Positions 25,270-32,000 of a DNA stretch of 32,000 nt are shown here, one piece after another; the first letter of the stretch is position 1, and every line of letters begins with the position of its first letter. The DNA is from Haloquadratum walsbyi C23 (GTDB lineage Archaea > Halobacteriota > Halobacteria > Halobacteriales > Haloferacaceae): NCBI RefSeq assembly GCF_000237865.1, contig NC_017459.1:630001-662000 (forward strand), written 5' to 3'. The translations under genes were made by a program, and so were the position numbers. The notes below the pieces were generated by a model. That model saw only the letters and a list, made by a program, of their open reading frames with translations, was not told the origin of the DNA and made no database searches.

Positions 25270-26658
25270 TCAATACTTCACATCGGCTCCTGTCACATCG
25301 TATATCTGGTCCATTACATCATCACGTGCGGATTTCCAGCTATCAAGCGCCTCCGGACGACTTGGGTATCGCTCATACTGCCCCATGAGATCATCCGCAA
25401 GATTCTTTGTTCGATAAAAGTTCAGAATCTGCCCCCAATGACCATACGAGTTCTTGATAGTTTTGAGAATCAACAACGGACTAAACGACGTTGTTCCTGA
25501 GTATAGGGCTTCAGCCAATTTCTCACCAGGAAGTGATGCTAAAAGTCCCATGAGGTCATCAACATCAATCGCGGTTGAAAGCACATTATATACATCTAAT
25601 CCGGCAAACCGGGTTCCGAAGTCTCCCATCACACGTTCATTATATTCCCATAGTGATGCTTCGCTCACATCACCCTCAGAAATAGCTGTAACTGCTTGCT
25701 GTCCAGCATACATTCCAGCAAAAGCTGCCCCGGCGATCCCACCACCTGTCGTTGGATTTACATGCCCAGCAGCGTCGCCAGCAGCGATGAATCCAGGGGC
25801 AACAGCAGAATCGTACGGACGACGGGTTGGGAGTGAAGCACCGAGTTTATCTTTGACAGTCGCATTATTGAATTCTGAGCGTTTTCTAAGATCGCGTGCA
25901 AGGTCATCAACCAGATTCATTGGCTCCTCGCTCATCTGGAATCCAAGCCCAGCATTGATTGTTGTTTCAGTCCGCGGGAAATACCATAGATAACCAGCCG
26001 CTCGCTCGGTTGGCTTGAATACCAATGCATCGTCCCACTCAACAGGCTCTTCAACCTCAACAATCTCACGATATGCCGAACAGAACTGTGAGTATGAGAC
26101 ATTCGTATCAAATGTTGTATTACTGAAATCAGCTTTATCTTGCAGGATAGACAGTGCACCTGCTCCATCAATCACAATATCAGCGTTGTACTCAATGACA
26201 TCATTATTATTTGTTGCTTTCACACCAACAACGGTCCCACTATCATTCTGCACTACATCCTGTACAACAGTATTGTACTGAAACGTTGTCCCAGCCCTTT
26301 CTGCGCCTTCGATTAGTCGATTACCATATTCAAGACGATCAATAACAGCAAGTTCACCCGGAACGGGGATTTCAAGCACTGTCTCCTCTTGAGGGATTTC
26401 AAATCGACCGTGATCAACACCTGTGTTGGTGAACGCTGAATCAAGTTGTGATTTTGGGATTGCCTCAGGGAACTTATCTGCACCCTTTAATGCGTCACCA
26501 CAGGCAATGTGACCTGCCTCTGCAGCAGTCTTTCGCTCGAGAATAATGACATCAAGTCCGGCATCAGCAGCTGTCGCTGCAGCATAGCATCCGGCTGTCC
26601 CTGCACCGACAATGACGATGTCATGCTCCTGTGAAGCACTCATACCTGTTCGTCTCAT
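25270..26658 (-). CDS. Geranylgeranyl reductase family flavoprotein (digeranylgeranylglycerophospholipid reductase-like)
   Basis: FAD fingerprint DIVIVGAGTAGCYAA and GDAAGHVNPTTGGGI. I prefer the ATG at 26658; the listed start at 26670 is TTG. Confidence 0.85.
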   Translation of the reverse strand: MRRTGMSASQEHDIVIVGAGTAGCYAAATAADAGLDVIILERKTAAEAGHIACGDALKGADKFPEAIPKSQLDSAFTNTGVDHGRFEIPQEETVLEIPVPGELAVIDRLEYGNRLIEGAERAGTTFQYNTVVQDVVQNDSGTVVGVKATNNNDVIEYNADIVIDGAGALSILQDKADFSNTTFDTNVSYSQFCSAYREIVEVEEPVEWDDALVFKPTERAAGYLWYFPRTETTINAGLGFQMSEEPMNLVDDLARDLRKRSEFNNATVKDKLGASLPTRRPYDSAVAPGFIAAGDAAGHVNPTTGGGIAGAAFAGMYAGQQAVTAISEGDVSEASLWEYNERVMGDFGTRFAGLDVYNVLSTAIDVDDLMGLLASLPGEKLAEALYSGTTSFSPLLILKTIKNSYGHWGQILNFYRTKNLADDLMGQYERYPSRPEALDSWKSARDDVMDQIYDVTGADVKY

Positions 26659-26789
26659 GTCCGCAGTCAAAACTCTTTGTTGTTATAGGCTGAACAGGCG
26701 CAATCCAACGCCGTTTAACATCGTGGATACGCGCCGTCGGACGGGGACGGGGATTTTTTGATCTTTTCCTCGACAGTATTATGTATTGA

Positions 26790-27190
26790 TATATCGGGAC
26801 GCTGGCTACGATCTTAGTGCGGCCACATGCCCGAAAATTGGCAGTTCGCGTGTGAGTATCCACCGAGACTGGAAACAAGATATGCTCTTCAGGGAATCAA
26901 ATAACAGGCGACAAGCAATCATCAATATAAGTAACTCCGAGTCTGGTGAACCCGAGTGCCGACTACCGACCACCGCTCCCGTAGCAAAAACAATATGTGA
27001 ACGTGTTCTTGGGTGAGGATAGGAGTACGAGGGCTGAGATGTGGCACTCTGAAGAGGTTGCCCCTTGCCCGGTTGCATACCAATTTGCACGGTGTGTGAG
27101 CTTGGCAGTTTGTGAAACTGCACCTGAAATCCCCAACTCAGCGGTGCGGTACCGTGGCAGTCCGGCGTCTTCAAGCCAGGAGGATGTCAA
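26790..27190 (+). pseudogene. Composite degenerate tnpB (IS200/IS605 family) 3'-end debris ending in a right-end-like hairpin
   Basis: This is a relatively GC-rich, ORF-poor block. Frame fragments are NRRQAIINISNSESGEPECRLPTTAPVA (from 26903), MWHSEEVAPCPVA (from 27039) and NSAVRYRGSPASSSQEDVK (from 27135). A hairpin CCGGC (27162-27166) / GCC(A)GG (27175-27180) is followed by AGGATGTCAA (27181-27190). There are multiple stops and frameshifts. Confidence 0.4.
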
Positions 27191-27198
27191 GATCAAAC

Positions 27199-27237
27199 AT
27201 CTGATGTAATATCAACTATTGATATTAGTCATCAGAT
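27199..27237. repeat. 39-bp AT-rich imperfect palindrome
   Basis: Left arm ATCTGATG-t-AATATCAA, spacer cta, right arm TTGATATT-agt-CATCAGAT. Confidence 0.7.
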
Positions 27238-27274
27238 ACTATATCTGATATGTATATCTATAGGCGGAGCAGGG

Positions 27275-27304
27275 CGAGAACCCCGGTGGTCGGGGTTGTT
27301 CACC
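27275..27304 (+). repeat. GC hairpin of the same class as the 29714-29731 hairpin
   Basis: GCGAGAACCCCG gtggt CGGGGTT GTTCACC. Compare GCGAGAGAATCCCGCCG ttca CGGCGGG CAAGGGTGTCAC at 29704-29745. Confidence 0.5.
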
Positions 27305-27662
27305 TTAGAGAGTTGCGTGGATTGGAAAATAGAAAATGACATGTCTCAATTTCAGCTGTTGTTCGACTCGAGTATTTCTTATTCAGGCACTCACCTCGCC
27401 TAATTAATCATATATCCGATTATATTCCCTATTTTTCTTATCGCGCAGTAATATGTCAGAACATCAATATGGTGCTTTTCCATTCAATTAGCTAGCTATC
27501 CGGAGATCATTTTGATTGTATGGACTCATACGATAATCAACAGTTATCTTAAGCATATCAGTGATAATCATCAACCTACTAATACCTTCATCCTGAATAG
27601 TAGTTTTGAGTTCTCACCGGTATAGAAGGTGGATACGAGATGTCTCAGTTCACTTTCAACAG

Positions 27663-29057
27663 TCATTCGGGTTGACTATCAACAGTATCAGTCGTATCCA
27701 CTGCATTAACCGCAGCTGATACAGTTGTTATTGCATTTTGGGTAAGCGAGTCAATCGTTTCCGGCGTGGCTTCAGCGTACACGCGAACGTATGGCTCCGT
27801 TCCTGACGGTCGGATAAGCGTCCACGCATTGTCTGGAAACGTAGCGCGGATGCCGTGCTCTGTTTCAATTTCTGCATCAGGGAACTCCTCGGCTGCTGTC
27901 TGTTTTAGATATTCCATCACCGCTGATTTCTTTTCATCAGGACATTCGAGGCTTTCCTTGCGATATGGACGTTCACGAATCGGTCCTCGAAGTGTTGGAA
28001 GTCCATCTTCTGCAATGAGCCGCGTCAATACCGCTGCAGAAGCAATAGCGTCAATCCATCCGCCGAGCGCTGGGTGTGAATGCTTCCATGGCTCACCCGC
28101 GAAGACAACATCTCCACCTGCTATTTCAGCATCTCTGATGCCTTCATGTAATGATCCTAACTGAACGCGCTCAATTCGACCATCTGCTGCCTGAACATGT
28201 TCGTCGATTCGAGCTGAGGCGTTCGGGGTCGTGACGACCACTGGATCTGCCACATCGCTTACATTAACAAGATGTGCTGCAAGGATTGCAAGAACAGTAT
28301 CTTCGTGTACAACTGCCCCATCTCGATCAACGATAACAAGACGATCGGCATCACCATCATGCCCAATACCAAAATCAAACTGTCCGTTCTCTACGATTGT
28401 CCGGAGGTCTGTGAGTGATTCTGCCGTTGGCTTTGACTCTCGTCCTGGAAAGTGCCCATCAATAGCGCCATTGAGCGTCACTACCTCTGCGCCCATTCGA
28501 TCAAGAATCGGCGGTGTTGCAAGTGCTCCAACACCGTTTCCACAGTCTACAGCTATTGTAAGCTCTGCTGGTGTCTTCCCGTACTTATTTGCATATGTCA
28601 GCACTGTATCCCGATATCCTGAGATGATCTCTGCATGAGCGGTTGTTCCCCATGTCTGCCATGAAACTGGCGTGTTCTCAGCAGTCACACGTGACTCGAT
28701 TATTTTTTCACGATCTCGAGTGTATTCTGTTCCCTGTCTAAAAAGCTTGATTCCGTTATCGGCTGGTGGATTATGTGATGCGGTGAGCATTACCCCATAT
28801 TGTCCTTTTGAGGCGTATGCCAACGCTGGTGTTGGAACAACACCCACACGGGTCACATCGACGCCAGCCGCGAGCACCCCAGACTCAACAGCAGCAGCAA
28901 GTCCTGGTCCACTCGTCCGCCCATCACGCCCGATAACGACCTCAGCATCCTCCGCTGCAGCATCTACCCCAAGCGCGCGCCCAATCTCTAGTGCCAATGA
29001 TGGTGTGACCGTCGTTGTTACATCACCACGGATCCCGGCAGTTCCAAATAAACCCAT
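27663..29057 (-). CDS. Alpha-D-phosphohexomutase family enzyme (phosphoglucomutase, phosphomannomutase or phosphoglucosamine mutase)
   Basis: Active-site Ser loop TASHNPPADNGIK, Mg loop GHDGDADR, sugar loop GEPWKH and phosphate loop RPSGTEP. Confidence 0.9.
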   Translation of the reverse strand: MGLFGTAGIRGDVTTTVTPSLALEIGRALGVDAAAEDAEVVIGRDGRTSGPGLAAAVESGVLAAGVDVTRVGVVPTPALAYASKGQYGVMLTASHNPPADNGIKLFRQGTEYTRDREKIIESRVTAENTPVSWQTWGTTAHAEIISGYRDTVLTYANKYGKTPAELTIAVDCGNGVGALATPPILDRMGAEVVTLNGAIDGHFPGRESKPTAESLTDLRTIVENGQFDFGIGHDGDADRLVIVDRDGAVVHEDTVLAILAAHLVNVSDVADPVVVTTPNASARIDEHVQAADGRIERVQLGSLHEGIRDAEIAGGDVVFAGEPWKHSHPALGGWIDAIASAAVLTRLIAEDGLPTLRGPIRERPYRKESLECPDEKKSAVMEYLKQTAAEEFPDAEIETEHGIRATFPDNAWTLIRPSGTEPYVRVYAEATPETIDSLTQNAITTVSAAVNAVDTTDTVDSQPE

Positions 29058-29205
29058 ATTAATTATTCATTAGCCTATCAGTTATTCAACCCACGCTTCC
29101 ACGGTGACTATTCGGGTCAGACATATGTATACAGGCAGTTACTTTGACTACTTATAACCCAGTTGAGCGACAGAATAATCTGGTTGCTCACAGTGTATTC
29201 ATATC

Positions 29206-29487
29206 ATGAGCGAAACTCGAACACGGGCACATGTGTTTGTCTCTGGAACTGTCCAAGGAGTCTTTTATCGTGCATCTACTCGCGATGCGGCTCGTGAACG
29301 CGGCGTCAGAGGGTGGGTGCGAAATCTTGATGATGGTCGTGTTGAAGCAGTCTTTGAAGGACCTGAGTCTGCAGTTGATTCTCTTATTGAGTGGTGTCAC
29401 ACTGGAAGCCCTGATGCAAGTGTTTCTGATGTCTCTGTGTCATATACAGAGCCTGAAGGAATTGATGGCTTTCATATCCGGCGATAG
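29206..29487 (+). CDS. acyP: Acylphosphatase
   Basis: VFVSGTVQGVFYRASTRDAA...GVRGWVRNLDDGRVEAVFEG is the canonical acylphosphatase signature. 93 aa. Confidence 0.9.
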   Translation: MSETRTRAHVFVSGTVQGVFYRASTRDAARERGVRGWVRNLDDGRVEAVFEGPESAVDSLIEWCHTGSPDASVSDVSVSYTEPEGIDGFHIRR

Positions 29488-29646
29488 ATCAGATCACAAA
29501 AATAACATATCATTCGATTATATGCTGAGCAGGCGCAATACCACGGCCTTTAGTACTCCATGAAACATCTTGAACTATCGGTCCTACGCAACAGTATCAG
29601 CAGCTACTCTATGACAAGATTTTGAATTGAATTCCTCAATAAGTTT

Positions 29647-29746
29647 TCAGGAGCACCACACGCGGAGGAGGATGTCAACTGTGCGGTCAACTATCTTTAA
29701 TCAGCGAGAGAATCCCGCCGTTCACGGCGGGCAAGGGTGTCACTAC
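29647..29746 (+). mobile_element. Short tnpB-tail/right-end-like relic with a perfect 7-bp hairpin, lying between convergent genes
   Basis: The segment translates SGAPHAEEDVNCAVNYL*SARE... The 13-mer AGGAGGATGTCAA (29666-29678) is identical to 27178-27190. The hairpin is CCCGCCG (29714-29720) ttca CGGCGGG (29725-29731), followed by CAAGGGTGTCAC. Confidence 0.35.
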
Positions 29747-29766
29747 AAACACATGAGTCTTTTATA

Positions 29767-30219
29767 CTACTCCCATGATGTGTCGATAATATCGAGTTCA
29801 CTCAATGTATCGAGGGTTATCCACGCTTCAACATAATCTCGCGTCTCAATCATTGGGTCATGCTCATACTCATCAATGGTCTCACGAGCTTCTGTAATTA
29901 GCCGCGATTCGAGGGTTGTCTGATCTGGTTCATCTTTTGTCCCAGCAAGGAGTGCCTCGAAATCTTCTCGAATATTGAATGATGCACGAGCAACATTGCA
30001 TCGACCAAGTGGATTCATTTTCATCTCAGTTACAAGCTCAATAATGAGTTTCCAATCATCCGCGCAGAAATGCACTGATACAGTTCCAACAATATCGCGC
30101 CAAGCGACGGACCCGGCATTTTGCATCAACATAATTGAACGTGGTGGAATATCGACTCGCACGGCTGTATTGGGGTTATCACATAAACAACATGGCTGTG
30201 TTGTCCGACCGGTGTACAT
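29767..30219 (-). CDS. Hypothetical acidic protein (150 aa) with an N-terminal Cys cluster
   Basis: The ORF has halophile composition and an ATG start at 30219. It contains PCCLCD...HFC...RCN. I recognise no family. Confidence 0.55.
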   Translation of the reverse strand: MYTGRTTQPCCLCDNPNTAVRVDIPPRSIMLMQNAGSVAWRDIVGTVSVHFCADDWKLIIELVTEMKMNPLGRCNVARASFNIREDFEALLAGTKDEPDQTTLESRLITEARETIDEYEHDPMIETRDYVEAWITLDTLSELDIIDTSWE

Positions 30220-30307
30220 AGGTTATATACACAATTGAACGATATCTGTTTCTCGTTATATAATTATTATCGGGATATTTAACCTCGCGTCTCTCCGCCC
30301 TGTTGAT

Positions 30308-31282
30308 ATGAAAGCAACTGCACGTGCCCACCCAATACAGGGACTGATTAAATATCATGGAATGCGAGACAGTGACAAACGCTATCCCTACCATGACAGT
30401 ATTAGTGTTTGTACAGCACCAAGTGCAACAACAACGACTGTTGAATTCCAATCTGATGCTTCTGGGGACGTGTATATAATAGATAACGAACGTGTTGAGG
30501 GGCGAGCAGCAGAACGGATTGATGCTGTTGTAGAGCATGTCCGTGAGCGAACTGGAATTCGGGACCCCGTCCGATTGGTCTCAACAAATTCATTTCCCTC
30601 AAATATTGGGTTTGGGTCCTCTTCATCCGGATTTGCCGCGGCAGCAATGGCACTTGTGACCGCTGCTGGAGAAGAACTTACGCATCCAGAAATTTCAACA
30701 ATCGCTCGGCGAGGATCATCGTCTGCTGCCCGTGCCGTGACCGGCGCATTTTCACAATTATACTCTGGAATGAACGATACCGATTGTCATGCTGAACGGA
30801 TTGAGACCGATCTTGATGCGACCGTTCGAACGGTTGCAGCGCACGTTCCTGCATATAAAGAAACGGAGGAGGCACATCGTGAGGCCGCACAGAGTCATAT
30901 GTTTGATGCGCGTTTAGCACACGTCCATCATCAAATTGATGCGATGCGTGATGCACTGTATGATGCTGATTTCGATCGGATATTCGAATTGGCTGAGCAT
31001 GACTCGCTATCATTGACAGCAGCAACGATGACTGGTCCTGCTGGCTGGGTCTATTGGCAGCCACAAACGATTGCAGTGTTCAATACTGTCCGCGAACTCC
31101 GTGAGCGTGAGTCAATCCCGGTTTATTTCTCAACTGACACCGGTGCGAGTGTCTATGTGAATACAACCGCCGCACACGTAGATACTGTTGAATCTGCAAT
31201 TTCCGATATTGGTATTGATACCGATATCTGGACTGTCGGTGGACCAGCAACGGTGCTCTCTGCAAGTGATTCGTTATTTTAA
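30308..31282 (+). CDS. mvaD: GHMP-family mevalonate-pathway decarboxylase (phosphomevalonate/diphosphomevalonate decarboxylase)
   Basis: KATARAHPIQGLIKYHGMRD..., GHMP ATP loop SNIGFGSSSSGFAAAAMAL, and STDTGASV near the C-terminus. In haloarchaea, homologues of this family act on phosphomevalonate. Confidence 0.85.
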   Translation: MKATARAHPIQGLIKYHGMRDSDKRYPYHDSISVCTAPSATTTTVEFQSDASGDVYIIDNERVEGRAAERIDAVVEHVRERTGIRDPVRLVSTNSFPSNIGFGSSSSGFAAAAMALVTAAGEELTHPEISTIARRGSSSAARAVTGAFSQLYSGMNDTDCHAERIETDLDATVRTVAAHVPAYKETEEAHREAAQSHMFDARLAHVHHQIDAMRDALYDADFDRIFELAEHDSLSLTAATMTGPAGWVYWQPQTIAVFNTVRELRERESIPVYFSTDTGASVYVNTTAAHVDTVESAISDIGIDTDIWTVGGPATVLSASDSLF

Positions 31283-31319
31283 TCCGTCGGGCTATGCCGC
31301 TTGAGGACATCGCATCAAT

Positions 31320-32000
31320 ATGAACGTCACCGTTTTCGGCGCCGGATATGCCGGTGTGACACTTGCTCAGCAGCTTGAATCATCACTTTGTTCAGATATC
31401 GAATTGACCGTTATCGATGATTCTGACACGCATCTGCTCAAACATGAGGTTCATCGTGTTATCCGCCGCCCTCGTGTTGCAGATATTATCGAGGTTCCAC
31501 TTACTACTCTTTTTGACCGCGCGACTGTCCAAACGGCTCACATTCAGGACATTGATATTGAAACACAAACAGCACAGCTCAACACTGGGACGACACACGA
31601 GTATGATTACGGCGCGATTTGCCTTGGCTCTGTTACTGCCGATTATGACATTCCAGGTGTTGCAGAACATGGACTTCCATTGAATACAACTGCAGATGCA
31701 TTAGCAATCCGCACTGCCTTATTTGAAGCCGCAGGTGTCATGTCTACTGCTGATTCCTCCGCAGAGATATCGAATCCTCGCCAGCAGTCACCCTCTGATA
31801 TCAACATTAACCCACAACAATATGATGCAGTACCCACGAACGATACGAGCCCTGTCGACATCGTTGTTGGTGGGGCAGGGTTATCAGGTATACAGACTGC
31901 TGGTGAGCTTGCAGCATTAGCCAACGAAGCCGGTATTCAAACGAATATCACGCTTATTGAGCAGCAGCCGACTGTCGCCCCAAACTTTCCTGAGAACTTC
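31320..32000 (+). CDS. FAD-dependent pyridine nucleotide-disulfide oxidoreductase, type-II NADH dehydrogenase-like. 3' end is truncated by the window edge.
   Basis: Hand translation from the ATG at 31320 gives MNVTVFGAGYAGVTLAQQL...DYGAICLGS...VDIVVGGAGLSGIQTAGELA, which contains two Rossmann GxGxxG motifs. The frame stays open to position 32000. It is not in the ORF track because no stop falls inside the window. It contains a low-complexity insert before the second Rossmann motif. Confidence 0.8.
   Translation, partial: MNVTVFGAGYAGVTLAQQLESSLCSDIELTVIDDSDTHLLKHEVHRVIRRPRVADIIEVPLTTLFDRATVQTAHIQDIDIETQTAQLNTGTTHEYDYGAICLGSVTADYDIPGVAEHGLPLNTTADALAIRTALFEAAGVMSTADSSAEISNPRQQSPSDININPQQYDAVPTNDTSPVDIVVGGAGLSGIQTAGELAALANEAGIQTNITLIEQQPTVAPNFPENF

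Noticed and set aside
26790-27200. RNase P RNA on the minus strand. I found loosely collinear matches to conserved blocks: GAAGACGCCGGACUGCC, AGUGCCACA, GGUGGUCGGUAGUCGGCAC, CUCGGAG, UUGAUGAUUGCUUGUC and CCAGUCUCGGUGGAUAC.
   Set aside because: The near-invariant cores are not present. There is no GGAAAGUCC in CR-I and no ACAGAA..GGCUUA in CR-V. A proper P4 cannot be drawn without mismatches, and about 50 nt would intervene before P2. The plus strand also carries mirror-image look-alikes (GGUGCGGUA, CAGUCCGGC), so the resemblance is probably pareidolia. The plus-strand tnpB-tail reading explains the 3' hairpin and the shared 13-mer better. A covariance-model scan (Rfam RNaseP_arch) would settle it.
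26806-27209. ORFs 26806..27174 (minus strand, 122 aa), 26963..27196 (minus strand) and 26997..27209 (plus strand) as real genes.
   Set aside because: They have basic, non-halophilic composition and lie in a block better explained as degenerate tnpB-derived or structured non-coding DNA.
31392-31924. ORFs 31392..31670 (minus), 31417..31683 (plus), 31643..31924 (minus) and 31723..31920 (plus).
   Set aside because: All are overlapped by the open frame from 31320 to the window end. That frame carries two Rossmann GxGxxG motifs typical of NADH dehydrogenase-like flavoproteins.
1-32000. CRISPR arrays, tRNA genes and rRNA genes.
   Set aside because: I saw no regularly spaced direct repeats. There are no T-arm-like GGTTCRAATCC motifs in a tRNA context on either strand, and no rRNA-like conserved blocks. 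This was a visual scan only, and tRNAscan or Infernal would be definitive.

Overview
This window looks like a chromosomal housekeeping region of a haloarchaeon. The proteins are strongly acidic, many carry Ser/Thr/Asp/Asn-rich low-complexity inserts, and the DNA has unusually AT-rich, long intergenic spacers. By inference this resembles Haloquadratum; no search was run.

Gene content in order:
- An ABC-2 exporter pair (ATPase truncated at the window edge, then permease) and a KDPG aldolase.
- A minus-strand block: a YdbT/YdbS-type membrane PH-domain pair, a 327-aa hypothetical, a small membrane protein and a DUF2071 protein.
- Small acidic and zinc-finger proteins, then srp19 and gar1, a presenilin/SPP-type intramembrane protease and a NYN-domain protein.
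- A translationally coupled six-gene lysine operon, dapA-dapB-dapD-lysA-dapF-dapE.
- The conserved archaeal cluster rnp3 (Rpp30), a SAM methyltransferase, rnp2 (Pop5) and psmA.
- A winged-helix regulator divergent from an unlisted 39-aa zinc-finger ORF, an NRDE-family protein and an HTH regulator.
- A geranylgeranyl reductase, a phosphohexomutase, acylphosphatase, a Cys-containing hypothetical, a mevalonate-pathway decarboxylase and a partial type-II NADH dehydrogenase-like gene.

I saw no rRNA, tRNA or CRISPR array.

The non-housekeeping signal is all mobile-element debris:
- Two copies of a ~108-bp MITE, each with 3-bp TNA target duplications.
- An internally deleted IS4/IS5-type element with a frameshifted transposase tail.
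- At least three intergenic relics that look like the 3' tail and right-end hairpin of IS200/IS605 (IS1341-type) tnpB genes with no TnpB body. That is the part of such elements that encodes the omega/reRNA.

I do not see convincing evidence for a new multi-gene system. The orphan TnpB-tail relics are the most interesting lead, and they rest on remembered motifs, so they need a search to confirm.
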